Of a DNA stretch of 59,484 nucleotides, positions 50,230 to 59,484 are shown piece after piece. Every line of letters begins with the position of its first letter. The first letter of the stretch is position 1. The stretch is from Acidobacteriota bacterium (GTDB lineage Bacteria > Acidobacteriota > UBA6911 > JACQSX01). The DNA lies in contig DASXQR010000069.1 of NCBI GenBank assembly GCA_036507075.1, positions 1-59,484 of the forward strand, read 5' to 3'. Below the pieces are notes generated by a model. That model was not told the DNA's origin, did not search any database, and saw only the letters and a list, made by a program, of their open reading frames with translations. A program made the translations under genes and the position numbers.

Positions 50230-50233
50230 ACGT

Positions 50234-50294
50234 TTGGTGCCTTGGTGCCTTGGTGCCTTGGTGGTCGAAAAGATTTAACCACCAAGGCACCAAG
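50234..50294. repeat. Short hairpin, family K, between convergent genes
   Basis: Three TTGGTGCC units then TTGGTGGT..ACCACCAAGGCACCAAG. Confidence 0.88.
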
Positions 50295-50319
50295 CCAAAT
50301 TCCCATCAGGGTGCCTGCA

Positions 50320-51285
50320 TCACACCCAGGCGGCATCTTTGTGCCTTGCGAAGAAATGCTCCAGAGCTGCCTTCGACGGAGCTACCTGGGTGCGCAGCGT
50401 GTCCATCTCCTGGGGCGACATCCTGTTGAAGTTCCTCGCCACGCGCAGATTCTCTTCGATGAACTGGCGTTTGGGCATGCCGATAACAGCAGCCGCGACC
50501 GGAAGACTGAGAGCGTATCGCACCAGCGACACGGCATCCGCTTTTCCCGGCCCGGCGCCCAGAATTTTCTCCTGCGCGGTGGCCTTCATCAGCGTGACGC
50601 CGATCTTCTTTTTGAGCGCCGCCGGCAGAGCCGCCTTTTCAAAATCATTGGCCATCGACGGGTTCATTGCCATTTGAACCGAATCCAGGTCGTTGTGCTC
50701 GATCGCTTTTGCCATTACCCGGCCATCGGTATGACTGGTCATGCCGATGAACCGCGCAGCTTTTTGATCTCTTAGCTCATAGAGGGCCTTGATGCCGCCA
50801 TCGGCTGCTTCAATCTTTGCCAGGTCCGCGTCATCACCCAGGCTGTGCAGGTGCAGCAGATCGACGTGATCGGTTTGGAGCCGTTTGAGGCTCTGTTCAA
50901 ACTCTTTCAGGACCCCGTCGCGTGTCCGGGAGCTGGACATTTTAGTGGCCAGAAAGACATCCTTGCGGCGGTCCTTCATCACCATCCCGACGCGTGTCTC
51001 GCTCAACCCCTTGCCATAACTGGCAGCCGTGTCCAGGTAGGTGATGCCGCTGTCGATCACATGATTCAGAACACTGAGCGCCTCGGCTTCGTCCTCATAC
51101 ATCAGGAAGCGGGTTCCACATCCGAAAGCCAGAATCGGTACTTTCACGCCCGTTCGCCCGAGCGCGCGCTGCGGTAGAGTTTCCCTGGAGGGCCCGGCAT
51201 TCGCCGAAATCAGCGATGGAACAACTACGGAAGATGCAACGGTCAGTTCGATGAATTCACGCCGAGAAATGTCCGACTTTTTCAT
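50320..51285 (-). CDS. Tat-exported aldo/keto reductase
   Basis: SRREF Tat motif, LDTAASYG, SLKRLQTDHVDLLHLH. Confidence 0.9.
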   Translation of the reverse strand: MKKSDISRREFIELTVASSVVVPSLISANAGPSRETLPQRALGRTGVKVPILAFGCGTRFLMYEDEAEALSVLNHVIDSGITYLDTAASYGKGLSETRVGMVMKDRRKDVFLATKMSSSRTRDGVLKEFEQSLKRLQTDHVDLLHLHSLGDDADLAKIEAADGGIKALYELRDQKAARFIGMTSHTDGRVMAKAIEHNDLDSVQMAMNPSMANDFEKAALPAALKKKIGVTLMKATAQEKILGAGPGKADAVSLVRYALSLPVAAAVIGMPKRQFIEENLRVARNFNRMSPQEMDTLRTQVAPSKAALEHFFARHKDAAWV

Positions 51286-51299
51286 ACAGCCTCCTGTGG

Positions 51300-52214
51300 C
51301 TATGATTTCACTCCGGCCTCAGCCAGGTACTCTCTCATTACTTTCGCATAATGAGGGAATGCAATCTCCGGCTCGTCAATATCCGGATGCCAGGCCTTCT
51401 CCCACTCGAAACAATAATAACCCCGGTAGCCGCCTCGGACCAGCACCCTGACAGTTTCTTTTACCGGCACCGTTCCCTGGCCGGTAAGCACGTAGTGATG
51501 GTCTGCGCCCTTCGGCACTGAATCTTTCAGATGCGTGTGCCGCACATACCGCCCCAGACGCTGGAAAGTGTAGGAAGGTTCTTCCTTCCCAGCCACAAAG
51601 GTATGATGGGCATCCCACAGCAGGTCAATCCCGCCGCGCTTCAAAATCTCTTCCAAAATGGCCGAATCGGTAAAATCGCCGTGAGACTCGATAATCACGC
51701 CCACGCCCGAACCCTCTGCATGCTGTCTCAGCTCCCGCAGGCCCTCTGTGACGCGGCGCAGCGTATCTTCCCGGCTTTCGCCTTCGACCCACTTATCGCC
51801 GAATACCCGCACGTAAGGAGAGCGCAGTTTGTGCGCGAGATCAATAAAACTTCTTCCGTCGTCAAGCTGCGCCTTCCTTTTAGCCGGATCCTTCTCATGC
51901 ATGCGTGCCGACGATCCCAGGTCCGAAATCTTCAAGTTCAAAGCGTCCAGATCCCGCAGGCTCTGCTTCAACCTCGCATCTGCGAATTCCGGGCGCTGCG
52001 GCAAATCCATGTCGCCCTCGATACCACGAAGCTCAATGGCTGCGTAGCCGAGCTGCGAAGCCTGTTCCAGTACCGTCTTCCAGGGCCATTTCGGGCAGCC
52101 CAGCGTAGAAAAAGCAAGGGGCAGTTGTCTGGTGCGTCCGCGCCCCCGCACAATGGCGGGAAAGGCTGCCGCAGAGCCCAGAGCCCGAATGAAATTTCGT
52201 CGCGTGTAGTTCAT
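51300..52214 (-). CDS. Tat-exported sugar phosphate isomerase/epimerase (TIM barrel)
   Basis: TRRNF Tat motif, FSTLGCP, IESHGDF, WDAHH, HTHLKD, FEWEK. Confidence 0.88.
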   Translation of the reverse strand: MNYTRRNFIRALGSAAAFPAIVRGRGRTRQLPLAFSTLGCPKWPWKTVLEQASQLGYAAIELRGIEGDMDLPQRPEFADARLKQSLRDLDALNLKISDLGSSARMHEKDPAKRKAQLDDGRSFIDLAHKLRSPYVRVFGDKWVEGESREDTLRRVTEGLRELRQHAEGSGVGVIIESHGDFTDSAILEEILKRGGIDLLWDAHHTFVAGKEEPSYTFQRLGRYVRHTHLKDSVPKGADHHYVLTGQGTVPVKETVRVLVRGGYRGYYCFEWEKAWHPDIDEPEIAFPHYAKVMREYLAEAGVKS

Positions 52215-52239
52215 TCTTTACCTCCAGCAAGCCGGGCCT

Positions 52240-52409
52240 GAAAAGCTTGAACCGCGAAGACCACCAAGAACGCCAAGAATAATTGATTTAGCCATCCCAT
52301 TAAACAGAATGCAAATGAGAATGAGGCTTTCGACTGCTCCTCTCAGGAGCACAGACACTGCTGTCCGTTAAGCTTGTTTTCTTGGCGATCTTGGCGGTTC
52401 AAGTTTTTC
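52240..52409. repeat. Fold-back element, family H (9-nt CGCCAAGAA arms)
   Basis: GAAAAGCTTGAACCGCGAAGACCACCAAGAA / TTCTTGGCGATCTTGGCGGTTCAAGTTTTTC. Confidence 0.88.
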
Positions 52410-52417
52410 CTGATGGT

Positions 52418-53374
52418 TCACTGCAGCCGAATCAATCCGACTTTGTTTTCCTTCTCCAGAGTCACGTAAGCGGTGCTGCCGTCGTGACTGAAGACCACGT
52501 GGTTTGGACTCTTCCCGATCTTGAGGCGCTGCAGTCCGGTCAAGTCGGGAGTCAGAATACTGACAGTCCCGCCTTCTCTGTCGGCGGTGGCCACCCATCC
52601 GTCCGGGTGGATCGCAATGCCGAATGGGCCCTGCCCCACGCTGGCACGCCGGATCTCCTTCATTGTGGCTGTATCGATCAATGCGACAAAGGAAGCGCTG
52701 GCGCCGGTCACATACAGGCGCTTTCCGTCTTGCGACAGGGCCAAGCCATTTGGAGTTTCCACGCAGGGGAATTCTTCCGCTTCGTATTGCGGAAATTTAA
52801 CGCGTGTAATGCTGTCTGAACCGATGTTGGCGACATAAACCACGTCGGCGACAGAATCGAATGCCACAGCCAGCGGGCGCACTCCCATTTTGACAGCCTT
52901 AAGTACTTCGTGTGTCTTGAAGTCAATTACGTCCAGCCGTCCGAATTTTCCCCTACCCCAATTGGCCACAAAAACTCGCGTGGACGTGGGATCCATGGCG
53001 ATGGCAACCGGTTCGCCGCCCATTTTGATGTTGTCAAGAGGACGGAACTCCGAGGTGGACATTATCGTCACCATTCCGGCTCCTTTGTTGACCACCCATA
53101 GTTGATCCTCCGTGGGGCTGAGCGCAAGATCGATCGGCTCTGGGCCGGCATACATCATCTGCATCCTTCCCCTGGTGTCGCCGAGGTTTAGAACGCCCAC
53201 CTCATCGGAAGCGAAATTGGCGACAAACAGCCGATGGTCTCTGCTGACGCGGAGAGCATAAGGAGCTTTACCGGATTTTATCCCGGGAAGAAGTTCCAGA
53301 CTCGGGAGTGAAGCGGGGCTGAACCCGCATAGCAGGAAGGCAAAAAAGCCAATCAGAACGGAACGACTACGCAT
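52418..53374 (-). CDS. YVTN/YncE-type beta-propeller protein
   Basis: Repeated FVAN/WVVN/YVAN/YVT blades; signal peptide from ATG at 53374. Confidence 0.88.
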   Translation of the reverse strand: MRSRSVLIGFFAFLLCGFSPASLPSLELLPGIKSGKAPYALRVSRDHRLFVANFASDEVGVLNLGDTRGRMQMMYAGPEPIDLALSPTEDQLWVVNKGAGMVTIMSTSEFRPLDNIKMGGEPVAIAMDPTSTRVFVANWGRGKFGRLDVIDFKTHEVLKAVKMGVRPLAVAFDSVADVVYVANIGSDSITRVKFPQYEAEEFPCVETPNGLALSQDGKRLYVTGASASFVALIDTATMKEIRRASVGQGPFGIAIHPDGWVATADREGGTVSILTPDLTGLQRLKIGKSPNHVVFSHDGSTAYVTLEKENKVGLIRLQ

Positions 53375-53457
53375 AATTCCACTTTCAATTCGAAGAGCCC
53401 GGCCATCCAATTCTAGAATATCGAGCGGGTGATGTGCACAAGAAGAAAGCACTCCGA

Positions 53458-54369
53458 TCACATCCCTCTTCGAGCCATAGCGGCCTGCACTGTATTGGCC
53501 ATCAGCATCGCTATGGTCAGTGGACCCACACCCCCGGGTACCGGAGTGTAGGCACTGGAAATCTCGAAGGCCTTGGGATGAACGTCTCCCATCAAAAGAG
53601 ACCCTTTCTTGTGAAATGCGTCCATCCTGGAGGAACCGCCAAAGAAGCTCTCCGCCTGATTCGGGTCGGTGACGACATTCTGGCCCACATCGATCAGCAC
53701 TGCGCCCGGCTTCACAAAATCGGGCGTTACAAAACCAGCCCTTCCGATAGCGGCAAACAGCAGATCGGCGCGCCGGCAGACCCCAGCCAGATCGGTTGTC
53801 CTGGAATGGCAGATCGTAACGGTTGCATTTTGATGCAACAACAACAGGGCCAGCGGCTTACCGACAATGTCACTTCGGCCAATCACGACCGCTTGCCGGC
53901 CTTCTATTTCAATCCGGCTGCGCCGCAGCAACTCCATCACCCCCGCCGGCGTGCAGGGACGAAGGCCGGGCAGGTTGGCGCAAAGTTTTCCTACATTGAC
54001 GGGATGGAAACCGTCGACGTCCTTCAGCGGGTCAACGGCGTGCAGAATCATGCGCGCATTGATCCGGGAGGGCAACGGAAGCTGCACCAATATGCCATCA
54101 ATCGCATCATCTATATTGAGGAGCTCAATTTGCCTCAGAAGTTCGGCAGTGGAAAGCGTTCCCGGAAGATCGATTTTTCTGGAATAGAGTCCAAGATCTG
54201 CGCAAGCCTGAACCTTACTTCGGACGTAAATGGCGCTGGCGGGATTGTCTCCGACCAACACGGCCGCCAGCCCAGGCCGAACGCCTGTGTTTCTGAGCCG
54301 GCTGAGGTGCGTCGAGATTTCGGATTTTATGTCGCGCGCCGTGGCGCTTCCATCCAGGATCGTGGGCAT
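53458..54369 (-). CDS. folD: Methylenetetrahydrofolate dehydrogenase/cyclohydrolase
   Basis: GILVQLPLP, KDVDGFHP, PCTP, GRSDIVGKP, TPVPGGVGPLT. Confidence 0.98.
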   Translation of the reverse strand: MPTILDGSATARDIKSEISTHLSRLRNTGVRPGLAAVLVGDNPASAIYVRSKVQACADLGLYSRKIDLPGTLSTAELLRQIELLNIDDAIDGILVQLPLPSRINARMILHAVDPLKDVDGFHPVNVGKLCANLPGLRPCTPAGVMELLRRSRIEIEGRQAVVIGRSDIVGKPLALLLLHQNATVTICHSRTTDLAGVCRRADLLFAAIGRAGFVTPDFVKPGAVLIDVGQNVVTDPNQAESFFGGSSRMDAFHKKGSLLMGDVHPKAFEISSAYTPVPGGVGPLTIAMLMANTVQAAMARRGM

Positions 54370-54405
54370 TGGTCAGAGCAGGGTAATGTTAACAGAAAGT
54401 TCAGG

Positions 54406-54458
54406 GGCTTGGCGTCTTGGTGGCTTAAAAGACTAGTGAACCACAAAGGCACCAAGCC
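54406..54458. repeat. Short hairpin, family K, between divergent genes
   Basis: GGCTTGGCGTCTTGGTGG..CCACAAAGGCACCAAGCC. Confidence 0.8.
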
Positions 54459-54509
54459 AGGCGGTTACCAGGTGCGTCCAGATTGGACTTTTGCAAGGGC
54501 AGTATTAAG

Positions 54510-56834
54510 ATGAAATTGATGCAAGGCATTTTCCTCTTCTGGTCGTTTCTCATTTTCCCGCATATCTCCGGCTCCCTGACGTTAATTCAGACGGCGCCTG
54601 CGGCGACAAGCTGGGAACAGATTATCCAGGAACGGCAGACGGGAAACTGGTCTCTCGTTCTTGAGCATCTTCAGGACCTACAGCGCGCGCAGCCCGAGAG
54701 CTACCGGCTTCGACAGGGCGATTACTTGAAAGCCACTGCCCTGCGGAAGCTGAACCGGCCGCAGGAAGCCTACAATATCTTCAAGAACCTTTCCGACAAG
54801 CGTTCGATCCTCGAGCCGCTTGTTCTGTGGCATCTGTTTGAGTTGTCTAAAGAAAGACAAACCACAAAAGACTCTGAGGGCGCATCGCTCTGGCTGGAGC
54901 GTTACAAGGCCGTTGATTCCCCGCTTGTGGACCGTGAGCGCGCGGACTGGGAACTGGCGATGATGGCCGAGAAGACCGACCCCCAGGCGGCCCAGGCACT
55001 TTACCAGGACTTGATGCGCCGTCGAAGCCGGTATCAGAGGGCGGCAAAACTGCGCTGGAGCGAATTGCAGGAGCCGGCGGCGCGCAGGCAGGCACAGGCT
55101 CAACTGATTGCCGAAAAGCAGACCGATGAAGTTTCCTACGAGGCGGCCAGGAAGCTGGTGACTCGCATCCGGTCGCTGGGCGAGCCGGAGCTTGCAAACC
55201 TGGCGGAAATCTTCATGAACAACCGCGACCTTCCACTGTTACGAAAGACAGCGGAGGAGTTTATCGGGCGCTTCAGCACCAGCTCCCGGCTGCCCTATTT
55301 TCTTTTTGTGCTCGGCCGCGCGTGGATGCTGGAAAACGAGCATGAGAAAGCGGTGCAACAGTTCGAGGCTGCTTATGACAGGTTCTCCCCCGGTAAATGG
55401 GGTGTTCAATCCAAGTACTTCTCCGGACATGTCTATCTGCGCATGGAAAAATATCCGGCCGCCGAAAATGTGTATCGCTTCATCATCGAAAAGCATGCCG
55501 ATTCGGAATGGCTCGGAGGCGCCTATAAGAACCTGGTAGATTCCTTGCTCTGGCAATCCCGGTGGAGCGATGCGGGCGAGGCAGCGCGGCAGGGGGCCGC
55601 GCGTCTCAAATCGGCCGATGCTGCCATGCTGTACTACCAGGCCGGCAAGATCCTGATGCTGGACTCGCCACGCGAGGCAATCGCGCAGTTTCAACAGGCG
55701 CTGCGGGCGGGAGACCGCTACGCAATGCCGCCCAGCCTCGGCAGAGCGGAGATTAATTACTGGATCGGGAGATGCCATGAAAAGCTGGACGATTTCCCTT
55801 CCGCAGCTGCCGCATACCTGGAATCTGCGCGCCAGGATACCAATTACTTCGGCTTTCTGTCTCGCGACGCGCTCAAGACCATGTATGCCAGCCAACCCGG
55901 GATTCGCAACTGGTCGGATGCCTTCGAAGTAGCGGCTCTCGAAGCCAAAACGGGCGGCAACACTCAGCAATATCGCGATCTTCTCCTCAATCGGTATTAT
56001 TCAGCCCCTGGTAAAGAGTCGGCGGCGGCGCGCTCCGAGTTGCTATCGAGTCTGGGAAATGAACCGGGATGGGTCGCAATCGCGCGGCTGCAACTCTGGC
56101 CCAGTGATCGCATCGACGACTCGGTCCTGCGTGGGGTGAGCGGTTCGCTTCAAAAACGTGCGGCCGCAGTTTTAGCCGGACTGGGATTCTATCAGCAGGC
56201 GGCCGACCTGCTCTCCGAGGCGAGAGATTTCGACAGTAAATTGCAGCAGGCCTATACGTCGGCCACATTTTATGGAGACGCCAATCACTGGGGTGAAGCT
56301 CTCACGCAGGCCCAGAAGCTGGCCATGGATTTGCCTTACAATATGCCTGAGTTCATGCCACCGAGGCTCGTTCGGTTCTACCTGCCCCGTCCTTTCTCTA
56401 CTCGAAGCGCCGAAGCGGTGGCAGGGCTGGAACCTGAGCTGGTGTCGTCGCTTATTCTGCGCGAGAGTCGCTTCCAACCCGACGCCAAGAGTCCGGCCGG
56501 CGCGCGTGGTTTGATGCAACTAATGCTATCGACAGCCAGGCCTCTGGCCCGGGAGGCGGGCCTTCCGCCGCCGTCGGCCGACGCGCTTTACGACCCTGCT
56601 CTTTCCGTCAGGCTCGGCACGCTGTACCTGAACAAGCTGTTCCGGGAGTTACAGTATCCCGAAATGGTGGTAGCTGCGTACAACGGCGGCAGCGATAATG
56701 TCTCCCGCTGGGCTAAAAAGAGCCAAACTTTTGAACCCGCGGTTTTCGTCTCCGACATCGGCTTTGCAGAGACGAAGAGTTATGTAATGCGAGTGCTCGG
56801 GAATTATCGGCTGTATAAGGTACTCTATTCGTAA
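54510..56834 (+). CDS. TPR-containing soluble lytic transglycosylase (Slt70-like)
   Basis: TPR helices, LRESRF, GARGLMQLM, AAYNGG, ETKSYV. Confidence 0.9.
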   Translation: MKLMQGIFLFWSFLIFPHISGSLTLIQTAPAATSWEQIIQERQTGNWSLVLEHLQDLQRAQPESYRLRQGDYLKATALRKLNRPQEAYNIFKNLSDKRSILEPLVLWHLFELSKERQTTKDSEGASLWLERYKAVDSPLVDRERADWELAMMAEKTDPQAAQALYQDLMRRRSRYQRAAKLRWSELQEPAARRQAQAQLIAEKQTDEVSYEAARKLVTRIRSLGEPELANLAEIFMNNRDLPLLRKTAEEFIGRFSTSSRLPYFLFVLGRAWMLENEHEKAVQQFEAAYDRFSPGKWGVQSKYFSGHVYLRMEKYPAAENVYRFIIEKHADSEWLGGAYKNLVDSLLWQSRWSDAGEAARQGAARLKSADAAMLYYQAGKILMLDSPREAIAQFQQALRAGDRYAMPPSLGRAEINYWIGRCHEKLDDFPSAAAAYLESARQDTNYFGFLSRDALKTMYASQPGIRNWSDAFEVAALEAKTGGNTQQYRDLLLNRYYSAPGKESAAARSELLSSLGNEPGWVAIARLQLWPSDRIDDSVLRGVSGSLQKRAAAVLAGLGFYQQAADLLSEARDFDSKLQQAYTSATFYGDANHWGEALTQAQKLAMDLPYNMPEFMPPRLVRFYLPRPFSTRSAEAVAGLEPELVSSLILRESRFQPDAKSPAGARGLMQLMLSTARPLAREAGLPPPSADALYDPALSVRLGTLYLNKLFRELQYPEMVVAAYNGGSDNVSRWAKKSQTFEPAVFVSDIGFAETKSYVMRVLGNYRLYKVLYS

Positions 56835-56868
56835 AACTAGAGACGGCGGGGGCTTCACAACCCCGGGC

Positions 56869-57082
56869 ACGCAAAGCACAGAGCCACGTCCCGCAAGGGC
56901 GTGGCGTGCAACCATGCCAGTCGGCTATGACCCGGCGACTGCCCATTTCTTATCGCCCAGCGAGCCCGCAACGGTCTGCCAGACGGTCATAACGGCCCCG
57001 GCACCAGATTCACGTGGGACGGCAAGCCGACTGGCATTTATTTCCGCCACGCCCTTGCGGGACGTGGCTCTGTGCTTCGCAT
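56869..57082. repeat. Inverted REP-like pair (family R3), copy 2
   Basis: AAGCACAGAGCCACGTCCCGCAAGGGCGTGGCG / CGCCACGCCCTTGCGGGACGTGGCTCTGTGCTT; inner ATGCCAGTCGGCT / AGCCGACTGGCAT. Confidence 0.9.
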
Positions 57083-57096
57083 GCCGGCGACGTTTG

Positions 57097-57714
57097 TCAC
57101 TTCTTCGGATTGACGCTCCAATTGAGCGCGCGCAGTTCGGCAGGTCTTTGAAATCGAAAAAGCCGTTTGAAAATTCGGATCAACAGGTAGATTACCAGCC
57201 ACGCAAAAGCGGCCGTGAAGAGCAGCAGCGTCAGCAAGATGACGGGATGGTGCAGAAACAGCCAGTAGGCAAAGGTGATCAGAACGTCCTCGGCAATACT
57301 GACGAACCAGTTGGTGAAAGGTTCCGGCGTTCCGTTCAGTGCCAGCCGTACGGAAGCCTTGGCTCCGTGAGTTCCAAACGCTATCAGTCCTGCAGTCAAG
57401 CCGACGAGAAACAATGACTGCCGTGACATCCCCGAGGCTGCTCCCAAAGCCAGCAGGATTCCGGCCGGAATCCGGATGAAGGTATGGATCGCATCCCAGA
57501 AGCTGTCAACATACGGGATCTTGTCGGCAACAAATTCAATCAGAAACAGGAGCGCGGCGATGAGCAGGGAGATATCGCTGGACAGAAAGTCCAGCTCCGG
57601 CGGCAAGGACATCCACTGCATTCTTCCCACAATTCCAGCAAGAAGAACAGTCAGGTAAAGATCAATCCCGGCGCCCCAACTTAATAATAAGGCCCACAAT
57701 AAGTCTGTGTTCAT
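57097..57714 (-). CDS. DUF4126 family membrane protein
   Basis: EFVADKIPYVDSFWDAIHTFIRIPAG, PEPFTNWFVSIAED. Confidence 0.92.
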   Translation of the reverse strand: MNTDLLWALLLSWGAGIDLYLTVLLAGIVGRMQWMSLPPELDFLSSDISLLIAALLFLIEFVADKIPYVDSFWDAIHTFIRIPAGILLALGAASGMSRQSLFLVGLTAGLIAFGTHGAKASVRLALNGTPEPFTNWFVSIAEDVLITFAYWLFLHHPVILLTLLLFTAAFAWLVIYLLIRIFKRLFRFQRPAELRALNWSVNPKK

Positions 57715-57925
57715 TGTCAGTTGTCAGTTGTCAGTTGTCCGTGGTCCGTGGTCAGTTGTGTCAGTTGTCAGGTGGTTGCAGTTATCGATGCTTAGTCGGT
57801 GGTCGCTTGTCGGCAGTGCTTTGTTGAGATGCTTCAATCTGCCTTCCAAATGCTCGTCCAGATCCCACCGACAACATACCACCTGAGTACTGACAACGGA
57901 CCACGGACCACTGACAACGGACAAA
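57714..57925. repeat. Fold-back element, family B, filling the whole asnS-DUF4126 spacer
   Basis: Three TTGTCAG units then TTGTCCGTGGTCCGTGGTCAG / CTGACAACGGACCACGGACCACTGACAACGGACAA. Confidence 0.92.
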
Positions 57926-59218
57926 CTACGGATAAATCTTATACAACATGCGCGGAAACGGAATCGTTTCGCGCACGTGTTCGATGCCGCAAATCCAGGC
58001 CACCGCCCGCTCGATTCCCATCCCGAATCCTCCGTGAGGCGTGGTACCGAACTTGCGGAGGTCGATATACCACTGAAAAGCTTCCGCGGGCAGATGGTGT
58101 TCGGCAATTCGTTGCCGCAGCAAAGCCTCCTCGTGAATTCGCTGCCCGCCGCCAATGATCTCGCCGTAGCCCTCCGGCGCAAGCACGTCAACACACAAAG
58201 CCACTTCGGGACGCTGCGGATCGGGTTGCATGTAGAATGCTTTCACCGCCGACGGATAGCGATGCACCATGATCGGCTTTTCATGCTCCTCTGAAAGCAG
58301 CGTTTCGTCGGCCGCGCCGAAATCGCCGCCCCATTCGATGGCAGACCCTTTTTGCTTCAGAAATTTTACGGCTTCGTCATAACTTATCCTGGGAAAAGGC
58401 CCGACCGCTTTCTCCAACCTGGTCGTATCGCGCTCAATTACTTTGAGTTCCTCGCGTCTTGTCTCCAGTACGCGACCCACAATGTAGACCAGCATATCCT
58501 CGGCAAGCTGCATGATATCCGGCAGCTCGGCAAAGCAGACCTCCGGCTCGACCATCCAGAACTCCATCAGGTGCCGCCGCGTCTTCGATTTCTCAGCTCG
58601 AAAAGTGGGACCAAAGCAATAAGTCTTTCCAAAGGCCGCCGCGGTTGCTTCGTTGTAAAGCTGGCCACTCTGGGTTAGATATGCCGTCTGATCAAAGTAC
58701 TGAGTCTCAAACAGTGTGGTTGTCCCTTCACACGCGTTGGGCGTGAAGATGGGCGTATCGACCAGCGTGAAGTCTCGGGAGTCAAAGAAGTCACGACAGG
58801 CTTTGATGATTTCGTGACGGATTTTCAGAATCGCGTGCTGGCGCGAAGAGCGAAGCCAGAGATGCCGATGCTCCATCAGGAAAGCAGTGCCGTGTTCTTT
58901 AGGGGTGATGGGGTATTCCTGAGCAACCTGGATTACCTGTAAATCCATCACATCGAGTTCATAGCCTCCGGGAGATCGGTCCTCTTTTTTCACTTTCCCT
59001 GTGATCGACAGGGAAGACTCCTGGGTCACCGAGTCAGTCAAGTTGAACATTTCCTCCGGCACATTTCCTCTGAACACAACGCACTGCACCAGCCCCGTGC
59101 CGTCACGCACGATCAAGAAGCGCAGCTTTCCGCTCGAGCGCTTGTTGTAAAGCCAACCGCGCACAATGACGGTCTCGCCCACATGCTCCTGGAGCCGGTT
59201 TACATAGATTTGAGACAT
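57926..59218 (-). CDS. asnS: Asparagine--tRNA ligase
   Basis: [56 protein letters not shown]. Confidence 0.97.
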   Translation of the reverse strand: MSQIYVNRLQEHVGETVIVRGWLYNKRSSGKLRFLIVRDGTGLVQCVVFRGNVPEEMFNLTDSVTQESSLSITGKVKKEDRSPGGYELDVMDLQVIQVAQEYPITPKEHGTAFLMEHRHLWLRSSRQHAILKIRHEIIKACRDFFDSRDFTLVDTPIFTPNACEGTTTLFETQYFDQTAYLTQSGQLYNEATAAAFGKTYCFGPTFRAEKSKTRRHLMEFWMVEPEVCFAELPDIMQLAEDMLVYIVGRVLETRREELKVIERDTTRLEKAVGPFPRISYDEAVKFLKQKGSAIEWGGDFGAADETLLSEEHEKPIMVHRYPSAVKAFYMQPDPQRPEVALCVDVLAPEGYGEIIGGGQRIHEEALLRQRIAEHHLPAEAFQWYIDLRKFGTTPHGGFGMGIERAVAWICGIEHVRETIPFPRMLYKIYP

Positions 59219-59253
59219 TCACTTCCCTTCGCGGGCTTGGAACATGTAAAGAA

Positions 59254-59417
59254 TTCACCACAGGGACACAGAGAGTACAGGGAGAGGCAGAAGGCAGGAC
59301 GCAGGAGACAGAAGGCAGGACGCAGGAGGCAGAAGGCAGGACGCAGAAGGCAGCAGGCAGAAGGCAGCAGGCGGCGGATGGGCACGCCAGCCGAACCGCG
59401 CGCGTCAGCAAGCGGAC
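59254..59417. repeat. Three stacked left arms: family I, 7-nt GGCAGAA/CGCAGGA array (family M), REP R2
   Basis: TTCACCACAGGGACACAGAG (59254), array 59285-59372, CAGCCGAACCGCGCGCGTCAGCAAGCGGAC (59388-59417); no partner arms inside the window. Confidence 0.8.
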
Positions 59418-59484
59418 TCTCCGGAATAACGGCACGCAGATAAGCTTTGTAGATTGTGGTCGCCAGGTTATCCTTCACAACGGT

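Noticed and set aside
59103..59478. ORFs with CLLPSA / RRQKAG repeats
   Set aside because: Translations of the 7-nt GGCAGAA array; a real gene end entering from outside the window cannot be judged.

Overview
A ~57% GC bacterial core-genome segment, probably Acidobacteriota (inferred from protein types and gene order, not from a search). It has about 44 mostly housekeeping genes, including uvrB, aroA/aroK, clpB-hsp20-htpX, yebC-ruvC-truA, uppS-cdsA-dxr-rseP, tamB-tamA/bamA, polA, an ECF sigma operon, uvrA, coaE, folD and asnS. I found no rRNA, tRNA, CRISPR array, transposase or phage gene. Two things stand out. (1) Most sizeable intergenic spaces hold a long fold-back element whose arms are short tandem repeats. 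There are at least a dozen motif families (periods about 6-10 nt) plus three REP-like families. The elements are often nested, one ~136-bp element occurs three times in consecutive spacers of the uppS-cdsA-dxr-rseP operon, and several supply stop codons or terminal residues or bring a stop and the next start together when folded. (2) A rhodanese gene is split by an in-frame UGA in a CxU motif, followed by a SECIS-like hairpin, so it is a probable selenoprotein missed by the ORF track. All calls are by eye from motifs; no searches or folding programs were run.
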